A program made the position numbers and the translations under genes. The notes below the pieces were generated by a model that ran no database searches, was not told the origin of the DNA, and saw only the letters and a list, made by a program, of their open reading frames with translations. 64,000 nt of DNA from Phoronis australis (taxonomy: Eukaryota; Animalia; Phoronida): assembly GCA_002633005.1 (NCBI GenBank), contig NMRA01000273.1, forward strand, positions 377,555-441,554, in the 5' to 3' direction. Shown piece after piece: positions 1 to 14,100 of the stretch (within the stretch, counting starts at the first letter, position 1; each line of letters opens with the position of its first letter).

Positions 1-1150
1 TACCACCAAGGTACAGAAGTCAAAATACTGTCACAATATGATACTGCCAAGATACAGAAGTCAAAATACCGTCACAATATTCATTAATTTATTGTAATAG
101 TTAAAATGAGGGTGGCCTCTTCAGTGACAGCAATGCTTTCCAAGAGGGCCCTCAACAAAATATGAAACAGTATTATAATAAAACCATAGTTAAATGCATG
201 TAACAAAGATACAATTAAAACAGGTTGAGAATTTAGATAATAAATAAATGATGAAGGATGATGAAAATTTGACTGAGAGAGATGAAATAAATAGATGGTA
301 GAAATAAGTGAAAGTATTTACAATAATGAAAAATGACATAATTAAGACAGGTAAGGTGTAAGAATGGGTACGTAAATTACAGCCACTTTTTAATATTAAG
401 TTTGAAAATATTAATTAAATCAGACCATTTTTAATTTCTGGGCTAAGAGAGTTTCGTATTGCAGAAGCAGCATAAGTAAAAGATCTCTTGCCGGTCGCAG
501 TTTTAATTTTTTTAAAGAAACATTACCAGCAACTGAAGAACATGTAGAATATATAGCTTGACTTTGCCGCTGGGATATGCTGGAGCCAAGCCATTGACAC
601 ATCTGTACATGCAACAGGCAGAGATATTTATTTCTTTGTTTTACTTTCATGAAGTCAAGCTTGGCGTACAAGCCGTGGACCCAGGTGTACCTATTTCTAG
701 TTTCCAGGATAGCCCTGTCGGGTCTATTTTGGGTTACTTGGACTTTGCTAACAAGTATGTCGCTAGAATGTCCCCAAACTGGTTAACAGTAATCAATGTG
801 ATACCACCATGATACAGAGGTCAAAATACCATCGCAGTATGATACCACCAAAGTACAGAAGTAAAAAAACTGTCAATATGATATCACCGAGATGCTGAAG
901 TCAAAATATCGCAATATGATACTTCCAAGGTACAGACGTCAAAGTATTGTCGCAATATGATACCACCGAGATACTGAAGTCAAAATGCTGTCCCAATATG
1001 ATACCAAGATACAAAAGTCAAAATACTGTTGCAATATGATACCACCAAGGTACAGAAGTCAAAATATCCTTGCAAGATGATACCACCAAGGCACAGAAGT
1101 CAAAATACTGTCGCAATGTGATACCACCAAGATAATGAAGTCAAAATGCT
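1..1150. repeat. About 39-bp degenerate minisatellite interrupted by a LINE fragment
   Basis: Unit approximately ATGATACCACCAAGGTACAGAAGTCAAAATACTGTCGCAAT at 1-80 and about 795-1150. Confidence 0.9.
81..795 (-). mobile_element. 5'-truncated L2/CR1-group LINE 3' end (decayed ORF2 C-terminus plus 3' UTR)
   Basis: Minus-strand pieces DYC*PVWG...QVTQNR..., MYRCVNGLAPAY and IKTATGKRSFTYAASAIRNSLSPEIK are typical of the L2/CR1 ORF2 tail. 3' UTR has a GAGGGCC...GGCCACCCTC stem-loop followed by AATAAA. Confidence 0.8.
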
Positions 1151-3305
1151 TGTCCTAAGATGATGCCTGGTCAAGATAGGGGAAAATATCAATTCCAGCC
1201 TAAAATTATTACCAAAATCAATTTCCTCTTTTTTCATTTTTCTTACAAAGTTCTGAATGCCCACGTTTTATTAAAATATTTGTTTGGTAGTAGCTGATGG
1301 TATTGAACTTTAAAGAAATAGTGCATTTGTTTGGTGCTATTTGTCTTTCAAGAAAAATAAATAGATGAAAGTGATGTACTGTTGAATGCTTGCAAATGTA
1401 ACGTAACACACTTATTTTCAAATCTATCGGAAGTAGTTATTTTTGACTGAATCAGTAATGTAAAATCTCGACAATTTAGGACATATTGTTTGTTGTTATG
1501 AATGTATTTTGTAGTGTAGTGTAGAAAATAACGTCCATCCCTCGACCTGGTACTATGATAGGGATTTCTTGAAATTTATTTCTTGTGTCGCTTTTCCGTC
1601 CTTCTCAACAGAGAGCCTAATTGTGATAGAGCTTGCAATCCACCTTGGTTGGTAGTTTATCTAGTTCATCACGAATTGGTTGTGAGCAGGTTTTTTGCCA
1701 GCGCTGTGTGACAATTTGGCTGGCTTCCAACTTGGTAAGATGCCATGTGCAGTACTGGGCTTGAGGATAAGTTTTGTGCAATACAGCACAAGAGGATAGT
1801 TTTGTAAATTATAGGTTAGTGCTGGGTACAGTTGCCTTTTTGAACTCATGGCCTTAACTTGCCTACTGATTGTTTTGAGGATAAAATTCACTGTTTTACA
1901 GGCTAATGGGTACAGGCTATGTTTGGCTTTGCTTGGGTTGTTAGTGACCTTGTTGGTTTACATTTGAGTGAAGAATGACTGAAATTTATTTGTAAATGGG
2001 GCTTGTTGCCTATTGACTCTCATATGGTTCTTGCTGATTGGACAATGAAAGGTTTTATTATCAAGTCTATGTTACTGTGGAGGCACTTGACATTTGACTA
2101 AACAAAACCAATCATATTGACACGAGCTTGTTAAAGCTCATCTTGAACCATAACAGCAGTTAATTTGGTTCCTTCAATATGTTAAGAGCATCATTCTGAG
2201 CCCCCTAGTGCCATAAATTGTCAAATGTAACAAACTGTTAAGCGAACTGAATTGTTGGGCGTATTAGTTTGCTTTTGTCTACGTAACCATGAGAATCACC
2301 AAACAGCTGCAAATAACACCCCACGCAATGGTGTTCTATTGATACCTCCAAGCAATTCAACTGTTATCAGCTTTGGTGTTTGTGGCGGGATCTCGTGGTG
2401 ACGCAATATGGCACGAAAAAGCTGCTTCACCTATCATTTGACGGGCCTAACATTTGTGTGATTAAATTCTTGGTTTTCCTAAGGCTTTGCTAAGACTATC
2501 TCTGATAGCCCAGTACATCTTAAGTAACAAAATTTCGTTGGAAGTTAGGCTTTAATAGCAGCGATTTAAAGAAACATCAAAATTGTCTAACCCTTTTTTT
2601 AAAACTTTACTATTATCTCATGATCACAAGACATCTGTAGAGCTTCTATGGAGAACCTATGTAACTTGATTTGTAGTTATCAATCAGGACTGCATTGTTA
2701 GCCAGAAAATGTTAATACTCCCAAAAAACTTCAAGATATTAAAAGAAATTAATAATGTTACACAGTGGAATGGTATGTATACGCATTTATGGGAAGAAAA
2801 AATACAGTAGAGATTGATGTTTCATGTATGTTTTTTCGTATGGTTACTTATTTTCCTCATTTTGTGTACCGACTTCAGAAAGTCCAAATATTGATATATT
2901 TTTTAAGGATTTCTTTTGCGTTTACCTTGTCAAACATTTCCCCTGGTTTGTGTGCATTTGCAAAAGGGACAGCCACTTGTACTGTTCAATTTCCTGGAAA
3001 ATCTGTTTCTGTTATTTGCATTTGTGTTAACCAAAGACGATAAAACGTGGAAGGTAAAAGACTGTGTTATCAACACTCTGTGGGACTCTCTGGGCTAGCC
3101 TGAGGTTACCCGTGTAACAGGCCCCTGGATTTAGTGCATGAACTTACAGTCTAACAGACCACTAAAAGTTCAAAGGTCATGCAAATGTTTAATTTAGAGC
3201 TATCTAAAATGAGAACTGCACTGAAATTATTTAAGTCTATCCTTAGGCAGCATACCTTTGTACAACTTGCACAGCTCAGTTACCCCACTTTAAAGGGGAG
3301 TTTTC

Positions 3306-3941
3306 TCACACACATGTTTACCCAATAATTAGGGTAAGGCGGATGCAAATAGGCAGCTGATAATTAGAAGTGGTGCAAGTTTATTGTGGGTCGTTGGAGT
3401 TATAGTGTCATGCATAATTATGCTCCTAATTACGACTGAGAGTTTACTTGTGTTTTACATCTGTAATCTATATATCCAATGAGAAATTGAGCTCTGAAGC
3501 AGTTGCACGGTCACAATTTTATGTTCATATTTTTTGCTCATAATTTTACGTTTGTGATCACGAGTGAAAATGACAAGCGTAAAATTACAATCGAAAAATA
3601 CAAGTGTAAAACTTCTTCAGAGCTCGCGTGATCTACAAATCAATTCTCATTGGATATAATGATTTTGGTCGTAAAACACGAGCGAAGTTTTGGTCGTAAT
3701 TACGAGCTTAATTACAGGTGAACAATTTCGGTAGTAAAACACGAGCTAGTGTAATTACAGGCCACACTTTCCTCCAAACAGCCCACGATACATGTTACCC
3801 TAGAGCAAGTTACTCTACCTTGATAAGGTGGAGCCATGGTGTCACAAGTAGGTAAGTTAAGCTAGTTTAGTGTCCAGACAGGCCTCAAACCTAGCGACAA
3901 GACATTCCAGGAGTAACTTGTTCTTGGGTAAATCTGTGTGT
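3306..3941. mobile_element. Nested foldback/MITE-like elements
   Basis: Outer arms CACACATGTTTACCCA / TGGGTAAATCTGTGTG. Inner imperfect palindrome about 3383-3791 (...TATATCCAATGAGAAATTGA versus TCAATTCTCATTGGATATA...). Third arm pair TTACCCTAGAGCAAGTTACTC / GAGTAACTTGTTCTTGGGTAA at 3795-3932. Confidence 0.6.
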
Positions 3942-6399
3942 GGACAGCTGACTACAGCTCATGTACTTAAGATATTCCTATTACATAAACGCAGTGTGAA
4001 AGGTGTAGGGTGTTTTCTGGACTGTCCTGAATTATTTGATCCAGGTGCCCAACGTTTGCCCCTCAGTTTGGTTGTGTTTCTGGACATTACAATTGAAATG
4101 AAAATCATGATTGAAAGCATTCATTAACCAGTGCCAACAATGTGAAAAAATCTGTTAAATGCATCGTTAATGTGATGCCTGATTGTTGCTCTTGAGCTTA
4201 TAACTTGTGCAACCGAACCATGGCTATTTACAATTGAAAGTTCACGTCAGTCTGGCATACTCACTGAAATGGGGTTTGTTTTAATGGAAAATATCAAAAA
4301 CTGTTTATTTCACCTATGGAAATCCGGAGAACACAGTTCTCATAAATGCAGTACCAATAATGATTTTGTTGATTCTGGCTATGTAGCACCTCCTGGTGGC
4401 CAAATTGGTAAACAAATATGCACCAAGAGTAGCATATAGGGATGGTTCAGTACAATTGCTTATCAGTGCTTTGCATTGGTCATTTGATGAAAACAGGCCA
4501 AACATAATCACCTGTCTTACCAGGCATTTTCAAGTTCCGAGACAAAATACTTAAAGGAATATTTTATTTTGTTATTTACTGTATAACATTTGCTTAATTT
4601 TTACATTGCGTATCATTCCGTTCAATTGCCAATATGGCAGCAATAGGTTTCTATGTTTCCTTGAATTCAATGCTTTCCAGTCATCACTCACCACAACTGT
4701 GCTTGCAATGGTTGAAGATTACTTTACAGCTGCATTTCTAACCTTGTTTAGCAGGCTAAAATATGAAATTCGAATTGGACCTTTTATTCTCATATAATCA
4801 GCGTCCTCATTCTCACGATAGTCCTTACTGAGATAGTATTCTATTTCCGTTTCCAACAAGAATATCGAAAGCATGGCAGCAATTTATGTTTTCTTGAGTT
4901 ACCATAGTTGTGGATGGTTTTCATGTTTTTTTGGCATCACAGTTAGGAATATTACGAGATCGATATTCTGCATTAAAGGGCCCCAATTCGATTTTCGTTT
5001 TAGCCACAGCTAAATGGGGCAATTTTACATAGAAGTAGAGGACAGCATTAAGGTGACTGGGTAGTTCAGTCTTATTCAGGCAAATTGACATTGGATTGTC
5101 AGTATACTCTAATGTGCTTGCATGTGTTTTATCAACAAACTTCAGTTGCACTTAGTAAGCATTTACTGAAACAGTAGCTGATTATTAGTGTTGTTCTGAA
5201 TTCTTTATTCTGGCCTAGAATAAATACTTTTTACATCAATCGAATAAAAGCTGTTGCCTCTAGTACAATTTGTCTCTATGGGCGTTTTTTCGATATTGTG
5301 TTTTCCCGAAATGATTTCGCATCCAAAAAAGTTGCATAGAGGCTCTTGCAAAAACAGTGGTGGGACAGTCATTTGGAAAATTGGCCATTGCCAAGTGCAA
5401 GGTGGTGTTGGATTGTGCATTTAAAATACTAGCTAGGTTCACTTTGTTGGCCAGCCATTGTTAAGCTACGAAAACTGAAGTTCAACTACACCTTCATTAA
5501 CAAGGGATCGACTTGCGAATTTATGGCCACAAATTTTCCATTTATGTGCCCCCTGTGAGGCATGCAAAACAGTCGTCATAGAGCTGATTTCAATATGTCG
5601 CATTACGATGTGCAGTTACAGTGTCTCATTGGAGCTCAAACTCTGTATGAGTGTGAGGCGGGTTTCAAAACTATCACCTGCAGTTGTAACCAGGTTGCAA
5701 TTGCTCTGGCATATTTGAAAGGTTGACTTTGAACTCTGAAACTTGATTTTGCAGTTTTACTTATGGTACCCCTTGGGTATTGTCATTTGAGTGTTTGACA
5801 TATGTTTAATTAAAGGCATTTAGTAGAAAGAAATCATTCATGCTGTGTCTCATTAATATTCCATTCTGTATAATCGGTCTTACTACTTGGGTGTTTGCAT
5901 CTGCAGGTGTTTGTGCTGCACCCAGGCTATGTGGATCAGTGAATGACCCAAAATAGTCCTGTAAACTGAATATTTTTGGAGAATAGTTGGATTAAAATAG
6001 CCACATTTTGAGAACCAGTTTGATGCCCGTTATTCAGTGGAGAAAACTGGTTCTCAAATCCAAGTAGACATGTTATATTTGATATTACCAATTTTTGTAT
6101 TTGTTAATATGTTTTTGGATGTGTCCTAGTTGTCAGCATTCTAAACATTTTCATATAAATTTGATGTGCAACCTATTTGGTCCCTTTAGTGAAGATTGCA
6201 AATTATTGGGTCTGGAGTACATTAGCTATGACACGTTTTACCCCTTCGAAAGACTACAGCTCTGGTAAATTAAGGTTCTTTGATTTCTCACAATTCTTCC
6301 TCACACCAGTCTGTACTTAATCACTGCATTGGACAAGTGAGACTATCAATTCGACGTAGCAGATTTTGAATAGAATTCAGGCATGCCGTGCTCGGATTG

Positions 6400-7206
6400 A
6401 TCAGCGTAGCCTAATAATATTACCTTTGGCCAAAGAATACAGATTTTGGAAACTCTGGTTAGCCTTTTTGATTTGTGATTGAAACTACGCCAACGGTCTC
6501 CATGACACGTCCAACCGCTGCTTCCACCTCCCGTACATGGCTGAAAATCCTTACAATTGTTATAGCAGATGTGTATTACAGATTTTGCTGTAAATCATTT
6601 ACTTCCTGTCAATGACAGAAATTTCGGCCATTGCATTCAGACACCTCAATTTCGGAATGAAAATGTTTTGTCCTGTTGAGAGCGCATTGTAGAACCAATT
6701 ATTTTGAAAATTTTCATGTTAATGTCCTGAGAGTAGCTATTATCAGATGCTGCTTAACAGGAAGTTGTCAAAATGATGGATCTAGTGTATTTCCATCAAT
6801 TTTCAGTCGTACTGGGTTGCCATTTTGAACAGAAAGAGCAAATGATGTGAATTTTTGCATGTTGATTCTGTAAGGTATACTCTTTCAAATGAACTGAAAC
6901 AATTTTTTCTCAGACTTGAGGTTTTTGAGTTGTTTTACTTTCAACGTCAAAAAATGCAAAAGCTGAAAATTTTTGAAAATTTTATGGAATTTTGTAAAAC
7001 TACTCAATAGAGTTTTGAACGGGCATTCAGAAGATGTTTTTCTTTTTTCACTATGACGTCTCGTTTTCAAATTATTCGTGATTTTCTGATGACACTGTTC
7101 CTTTGTTGACTGATTTTTTGCTTCACTGTTTTTAGTTACTTACTTATTTCTGACATCTTCATTCGTCATATGATTGTTATTGTCATGTTCATTATTGAAA
7201 CCATTG

Positions 7207-7250
<44 letters not shown>

Positions 7251-7300
7251 TCCATTGTCTTTTCAGTCAATTTCGCCAAGTGTCACTTCTCTGAGCGGTT
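6400..7300 (-). mobile_element. Older inverted copy of the (GAT/GAC)n-containing interspersed repeat at 31600-33062
   Basis: Reverse complement of 6841-6916 aligns to about 32172-32245. TTCAGTCAATTTCGCCAAG plus the (ATC)n run at 7205-7250 match the TTGGCGAAATTAACTGAAAAGA-(GAT)n modules. Confidence 0.75.
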
Positions 7301-7987
7301 TAATTTTTTGTTGCTGGTGTTGAAAACTTTTTATTATAATTTGATGTTAGTTTTAAAAGGTATGATACCAACACTTCTTTGTGTTTTCTTATCATTGCAT
7401 CAAACCTTTGTGGTCCAATTGTTGTCTTCTTGTACTTAATATGAATGAGCAACCTGTTGTTGGTACATTGTGTGGGTGCATATCAATGCTTTGCGTTGCT
7501 GTTGGTTTAAGTCCGGGTGATTGTTGTATAAGTGCTATTCTGAAAGTGCCCTGGAGATGACTCCTGCTGTGCCAAAGTTTTGAGTTGAGTAGTCGACAAC
7601 GAACGGATTATTGCGTGCAGTTTGCTCTACATGCGAAACTGGTGACAAAATTGACACGGGGTGACTAAACTTGTTTAGTGCCAACTTTTGCTGACAATAT
7701 ACATAGTTGTGCTCTGTGTCAAGTTTTCTAATGCAAGTGCTACTCATTTTAGGGGCTTTTTAATATGGTAAGTTTGCAGCTCTACTTTAACTCTGATATA
7801 CGCTATGAACCGAGTGGAAGTCACTCATTTGAATGTTCACTTCATACTTTAATTAAGCGCAGTTTATGATGCGTACTGTCAACAAGACATAATTGAAGTG
7901 TCATAGGGCCTTGATAATTAACTTAAGGAAATTGAGTTGATTGATCCAGTTCATTAGTTGATCGATTGCTATATTGTTTCTATATAG

Positions 7988-8141
7988 CCTTGCTCCGGCG
8001 GCCCTTTGTTCACACGGATGTCCGCACTGTACCCTTGTCGTCGTCTGCTTTGCTACGCTGTTTATGGCCTGCCCACCGTCCAGCTGGTGACAACATTACC
8101 TGGCTGTTCAATAACTCCGTCATCCGTGAGCACAGTGGCAG
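7988..8141 (+). CDS. Gene A exon: first half of first visible Ig domain
   Basis: tatag| acceptor, |gtaag donor. Reads LLRRPFVHTDVRTVPLSSSALLRCLWPAHRPAGDNITWLFNNSVIREHSG (Ig Cys and core Trp). Phase 2 end fits the next exon. Confidence 0.85.
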
Positions 8142-11100
8142 GTAAGAGGCATTCTACACATGCTTTTCTTTTAATTAGTTTAGTGACTGTTTTATCATAG
8201 GTTGTAAGATTGTCGGAGGCACGCTGCTGCATTGTTTTGCTAGAGAGAAACATTCCTAATGATGTGAACTTACACAGTTTGCGTTCAAGTTTAACATAGG
8301 CTTTCGTAAATGGTGTTGATGAATTGTTTGCCAATACAAATTCATGGAACGGCTGTCCTAGTTAAGATAGACGTATGACAAGGGTACCCAGTTAAGTGAA
8401 TTTGAAGTAAGTGGAACTTGTGAACACGGACAATGCAAGTTTCATTTGTCATGTTTTTCAATAAAAGTAAATTTGCATGAGTTTTTATTCTGCTTTTAGC
8501 AGAGTTTGTACATTGTAACAGTCAAGAAAACGTTCGGGAAAAATTTAAGTCTCTGGCTATGAGTTTTGGGCTATTTCCAACAGCTGCTGCTGTGCCCCCT
8601 AGTGGCAATTTAGTTTTTTACATTTCCCTCTGTTCTTAGATGCATTTCTTGAATTTGGAAAATAGGTTGCTGTTAAGGTGACATCTTTGTATTTTTGAAT
8701 GGATCAGATGTATTCTACGCCACCTTGGATTTATTTTTATTAATTTCTAGTCCGTTGTTTAGTGTCAGCCTCTCCATCGGTCCAACTGCTCAAAGTATCG
8801 TTAAAGGAAATTGCAGATGCTTTTCTTCTCATAACAGCATGACTTACATTGATTTCGGATGGTTCCGACTAACTGTGGCATCCCGTAGTGGGAATTAATT
8901 TTTTTTTGCATCCACTGCTATATCTCCTAAGACCTGTGAAAGATCTTTGTGAAATTGGCCAGAGTATTTCTATATGAACGTGGCAAAAGATTGTGACAAC
9001 TTCTTTCGGACAGTGCTCCTGTATCTTTGGAGTTCATGGACGAATTTTCATGAAATTTGCCAAATAGGTTTTTGTTAATGTCTGTCTCAGTGGATCATTA
9101 TAGTGCGCTCACTTATTGATATGTGGGCACATTGTGCCATCATCTTTGTCTGTCCGTCCATCCGTCCGGCATCTTGCATCTGCTATACCTCCAAAACCCT
9201 TGATGCATGTTCATGAAGTTTTGGAGGTATGTTCCTTTGATGGATAGGACTGCATGAGCGGTTTGATATGATTACTGGTGTGCCCCCCCTAGTGGCAGTT
9301 TTAGATTTTTATGAGCACACAAATTTATGTGTCTCTGGGGGCATTTTCTACATTTGCTTTTGTATCTTTGGAGTTCATTAATGTATTTTCATGAAATTCG
9401 ACAAATAGGTTTCTATTAAGGAGACAGCAATGCCTTTCCATTTTTGGACAGATTTGATGTTTGCGCAATTTGAACCTTTTTTCGTTATTTTGGGTCAGTT
9501 CTCTAGCATCTACCTCTCTATCTGCCACACCACTTAAAGGATCATTATGAAGATTTACAGATGTGTTCCTGATGACAAGGCCTCGACTTATGTTGCTTTT
9601 TGGACAAGACCGAATACTGTGTCACCCCTAGTGGTAATATTTTTTGCGTCTGCAGCAGAATCTCTTTAACCATTTGAAGGAACTTTGTGAAAGGTAAAAG
9701 ATTTGTTCCCATGAACCGACGACAAATGGCAACAAGTGTCGAACTGGTCCAAACACCACTCTGCCTCCTAGTGGCAAGACGTTCTTTTTCACGTTTGCCT
9801 CTGTATCTTTGGAGTTCATTTATTAATGTATTTTCATAAAATTCACCAGGTAGGTTTCTAGTAAGGGGAGGACATCATCTTCCCATTTTCTGACAGACTT
9901 GATGTTTTCTGTGCAATTTAAAACTTTTTTTGCATGTTTTTTGATGTCTGCCTCTCAATCTGCCAAACCACTCGAAGGATCATTACGAAAATTAATGGTT
10001 GTGTTCCTGATGTGAAGACTCCGGTTGACCTTGATGTTTGGATGTTTGGCTATGGTGGTGCCTCCTAGTGGCACTTTTGCTTTTTTAGTCTAGGGCTGTA
10101 TCTCCTTAACCCTTTGAAGGGTCTTTGCAAAATTTGGCAGATGGGCTCTGTAGATGACAACAGATGACGACTGGTGAGTTTCAGGCCAATCAGACCATAG
10201 CCATGTCCCCTAGTGTCAAATGATTTTTTACATTTGCCTCTCTATCCTTGTTCCTCGGCTTACTGTCATGAGATTTGGCAAATAGTTGTGTATTACACAG
10301 ACAGCACCACCTTCATGACACATTCTGCGCCATCTTATGGCCATCTTTATGATACTAAAAGCACTCATAGGAGCACACTGTTTGCGGCGCTGTGGTTGGC
10401 GTATTTCTGCGGTCCGTGTTGCTCTTGTCATGAAATTTGGTTAATAGCTTTCTGTTGGGAAGATGATACTACCTTTAAATTTTCACATGGATTCGACATA
10501 TTTTGCGGCACCCTCTGGCCGTTTTTGCCGTTTTCGAATCTGTTTTTTAGCGTGCCCCTCTATGGGCCAAACCACTGTAAGGATGATTATGAAGACATAA
10601 AAATGTTTCTACTGGAAATAGGATGGCTGATGATGATTTTCGGAACCTTCCAACTACAGTGGTTCCTCCTAGTGGAAGTTTTGCTTTTTTGGTCCATGGC
10701 TGTATCTCTTAAACCTTCTGTTTCATCTTCGTTAAATTTGGCAAGCATAGTTATATGAAGAGGACAACAGGTGACCACGTCTTTCAGATTGATCCAACTG
10801 CTGCTGTATCCCCGTAGAGGCAATTTTACTATTTTCTGTTTGCCTCTGTATCTTTAGAGCTCCTTTATGGATTTTCGTACGCCCACACATTTATATGAGG
10901 GCGCATTATACTGTCATCCCTGTCTGTCCGGCCGACGTCTGCTGCTCTGTCTCCAAAACCCTTTAATGTATGTTCGTGAAATTTTGCACAATGTGTTCCT
11001 TTCATGGATGCCGGGACAGCATGAGTGAATTCTCAGACGGATCTGCAACTGGTGTGTCTCCTAGTGACAATTTTAGTTTTTCACATTTGTCTCTGTATCC

Positions 11101-14100
11101 TCAAAGATCTGCTATGGATTTTCATATAATTTAATAGATAGTGAGGTGACTCTATCATCCCATTTTCGGATGGATTTGAGGTATTTTGCACCACCTTGCC
11201 GCCATTTTTACTATTTACGAGTCTGCCCCTCTATCAACCAAACCACTCTAAGGATGATTGTGAAAATTGACATATATGTTCTTACTCTGAAGAGGACGGC
11301 TGATGATCATTTTGGGACGACTTCGATTCCTGTGGCGCCTCCTAGTGGCAGTTTTGTTTTTGTTTTGCGTCTATGGCTGTATCTCCTAAACTCTTTGCAG
11401 GATCTTTCTTAAATTTAACAAGTTTATGTTTATGAAGTTGACAATGGAAGACTACGACTTTGGTACGGATCCAACTGCCGGTGTGTCCCCTTGTGGCAAT
11501 TTTATTTTTCTTTGTTTTCCTCTGTATCTTTGATGGTGCACAACACATAGTATCTGAAAGTTTCACATGAAGCCAATCGGCCGTTTCTGAGTTGTGTTCT
11601 GAAATTAGCCAAATATGAACTGTTTTCTTGGGTCCTACATAACCTTAAGCCTTATGTTAAGTTTCGTGAAATGGGGACCAAAGCTGAAGCTCATTTTCAA
11701 TTTCAGAACATGTCAAGATACTACGTGTCATTGTACGTTTTTTCAGATACCACTTTCTTATGCCAAGTTTTCTCGAGATTGTCAATGTTACCAGAGAGGA
11801 CCAGGGTCCCTACCAATGCAAACTTTCCAATGCTGGCGGCAGGAAGATAAGTCCGAAGAAAGTGCTGAAAGTCACAGACGACTTGTTGACAATCCCACCA
11901 CACATCGTTCAGGGCCCAGTGGACCAGGTTGTCGAAGTTGGAGACTCAATAACCTTGACGTGTGCAGTGCAGGGCTTTCCCAGGCCCACAATATCATGGT
12001 ACATAGACGGTAGGTATTTAACCTCAGATGTCTTTCGTTATCTTGTATTTGGAAAACTAAACTCAGTTGTGGCATACAGTACTTGCAAGGAAGCTTTGAA
12101 GACTCCTTAAATGTTCTGAAATGTCAAATAAATGCAAAATGTTTTTTTCAGTTGTCCATGTTTTCAAAAAGAAATATTATAATTGATCTCGGCTGAAATA
12201 TGGTGGGATCCTTTTCTTTTTCAGCTACACCTGATACCAGGGCCACCTGATATCAGTTTTGAGGCGCAGGTTTCAAAATTAGTGATGTGACCAGAACCAT
12301 GAATATTCTGTTTTTTGGCCCGAGTGCTGGCCTTTTGGGCACTTAAGGAGAGGCATCTGTAAGACAACAAGACAGCTATACTGCAATTTTTATGAGGACT
12401 GATTAAGATTTAAATTGCCATTATGTCGCTCTTATTTATGTGAAGTGTCACAATTAGAAAAAAACATGAGAAACGTGTGGTAAAGCGAAGTGCGGCGAGA
12501 AATCTGTTGTGACATGACATTTTTCGTACATTACACTTTATTTCATAGCTAAATTTATTCTGTTAGCTATTAAGTATTGTTGATAGTGTTATGTGGTGAA
12601 TACCTTGCAGGTAGGCATTTGAAACAATACAAATTGATTTGAATAGGGTATAATACTGAGTGTATTGATTAAATATTTAAATTCCCCTCAAACAAATCAT
12701 AAAAGTTCACAAAGGAAGTTAATCTAATCAGTCCGTGATCACGTTTAGCCTTTTCCTTTCGCCATCCTTGGATCCAGTGTTACATTTGTTGTGTGTGACG
12801 CTCGAATCCTTAATCTCTTGATCATGCAATCCAGTGTTCCAAGCAGTTTTTTCGTGATGAAATGCTTCGGACAGTCATGAAGTTCGATTCTGCCGATCAT
12901 CAGACATGTTGATACGAATTGAGTCCATCGAACTCCAGATAGGTTGTATCCTATTGAAATCCAGTCTATTGAATTTCTAGTATTTGTCGTATGCCTGTAG
13001 CTTAAGCCAGTAGCATCTTTAATTAATCTAATTTAAATGATATATGTGTTAAATCAATGACGTGTTCATCCTACATATCTCCCTGTAACAGATAGAATTG
13101 TTGTGAACTGAGAAATACACTTTGTTATTGAACTTGAAGTTTCGAAGAGTGTGCGATTAATGAGCCTTGTGTACACGTTTAATTACATTGATGACGAGCT
13201 GTTCTAGCATAAGATACCTACGTGTGGGAATACTTGCTAGAATGGACAATCACCACGACTAAAGGTGTATACTGGTCTCAAGAGACAAGTCATTTAGTAC
13301 GTGCGTGCTCGTGCAACCAAACTGGGATTAGTGAAATTACAGTATTCAGTATCATTAAAATGACTTACAGGGTAAATGGGTTAAATTGCTGTGCTCAGTG
13401 TACTCTCCAATATGTGGTAAGGCAGCAAAAGAGTTGGCTGAGTATTGAAATGTTGTGTCCGACTGAAGACAAATACAGTACAAGCCAAAAGTATTCGGAC
13501 AAAATGGCCTGCAATTCCTTGTTATGACAGTTGGGCAGAAGCCGAATTCATAGTCAGGGTAGTGTTTCCTCATGACTGAGAATGAAAGAAAATTGACAGT
13601 GACGTGACTAACCCGTTATGTAATTAGAATTAAGTTGTTACCAGTAATTTTTTGCTGATAACAGATAAAACTGTCATGGCTGTTACTAACTCAAAGCTGT
13701 TCATCTTAAACTATAGATTAGTGTTTACACCTTGTTGACTGTTCTGACCAGTTCCTGCTCATTCCTGATGGGTACCTAACTTGTGTTAATTCCGCTTGCT
13801 CTCCGCCCCCATGATGGGGACTCCGACCCGTCTTGTATGATTATTTGTGACATGTAGTGTGTTCAGATTGTCTTATTTCAAAAACATCTTTCAACTGTAG
13901 AGTTTTGATGGTCATTACGTTTATTGTAGTTGTGATTTCCTATTTTGGCCATTTTCTTTACTTCAGGTCGCTCAGTGAAGTCGCCAGCTGTAGAATACGG
14001 CCAGTTACAAATAAACAATGCGCAGGTGAATGATTCTGGCATCTACCTGTGTAAAGTGGAGGATGACCGACTTATAGAGCCCTTAGAAGCCTCTGCTGAT

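Noticed and set aside
2131-2555. Possible TTAA-flanked MITE (TTAAAGCTCATCTT...AAGTTAGGCTTTAA), and a similar one at about 12343-12691
   Set aside because: Terminal similarity is too weak to support without other copies.
2916-3098. LQKGQPLVL as the start of the missing first Ig exon
   Set aside because: No Ig Cys/Trp pattern follows and no convincing splice sites; I found no supportable exon in 1150-7987.
7170-7439. Poly-Ile hydrophobic ORF as a signal-peptide exon
   Set aside because: Translation of an (ATC)n microsatellite inside an interspersed repeat.
10213-10758. 181-aa ORF, and the 140-aa ORF at 22075-22497
   Set aside because: Both lie in HINE-like repeats, with no domain signature and no frame conservation between copies.
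12010-12110. ORF-track extensions beyond exon ends, here and at other exons
   Set aside because: Read-through into introns past good donors; the domains complete only through splicing.
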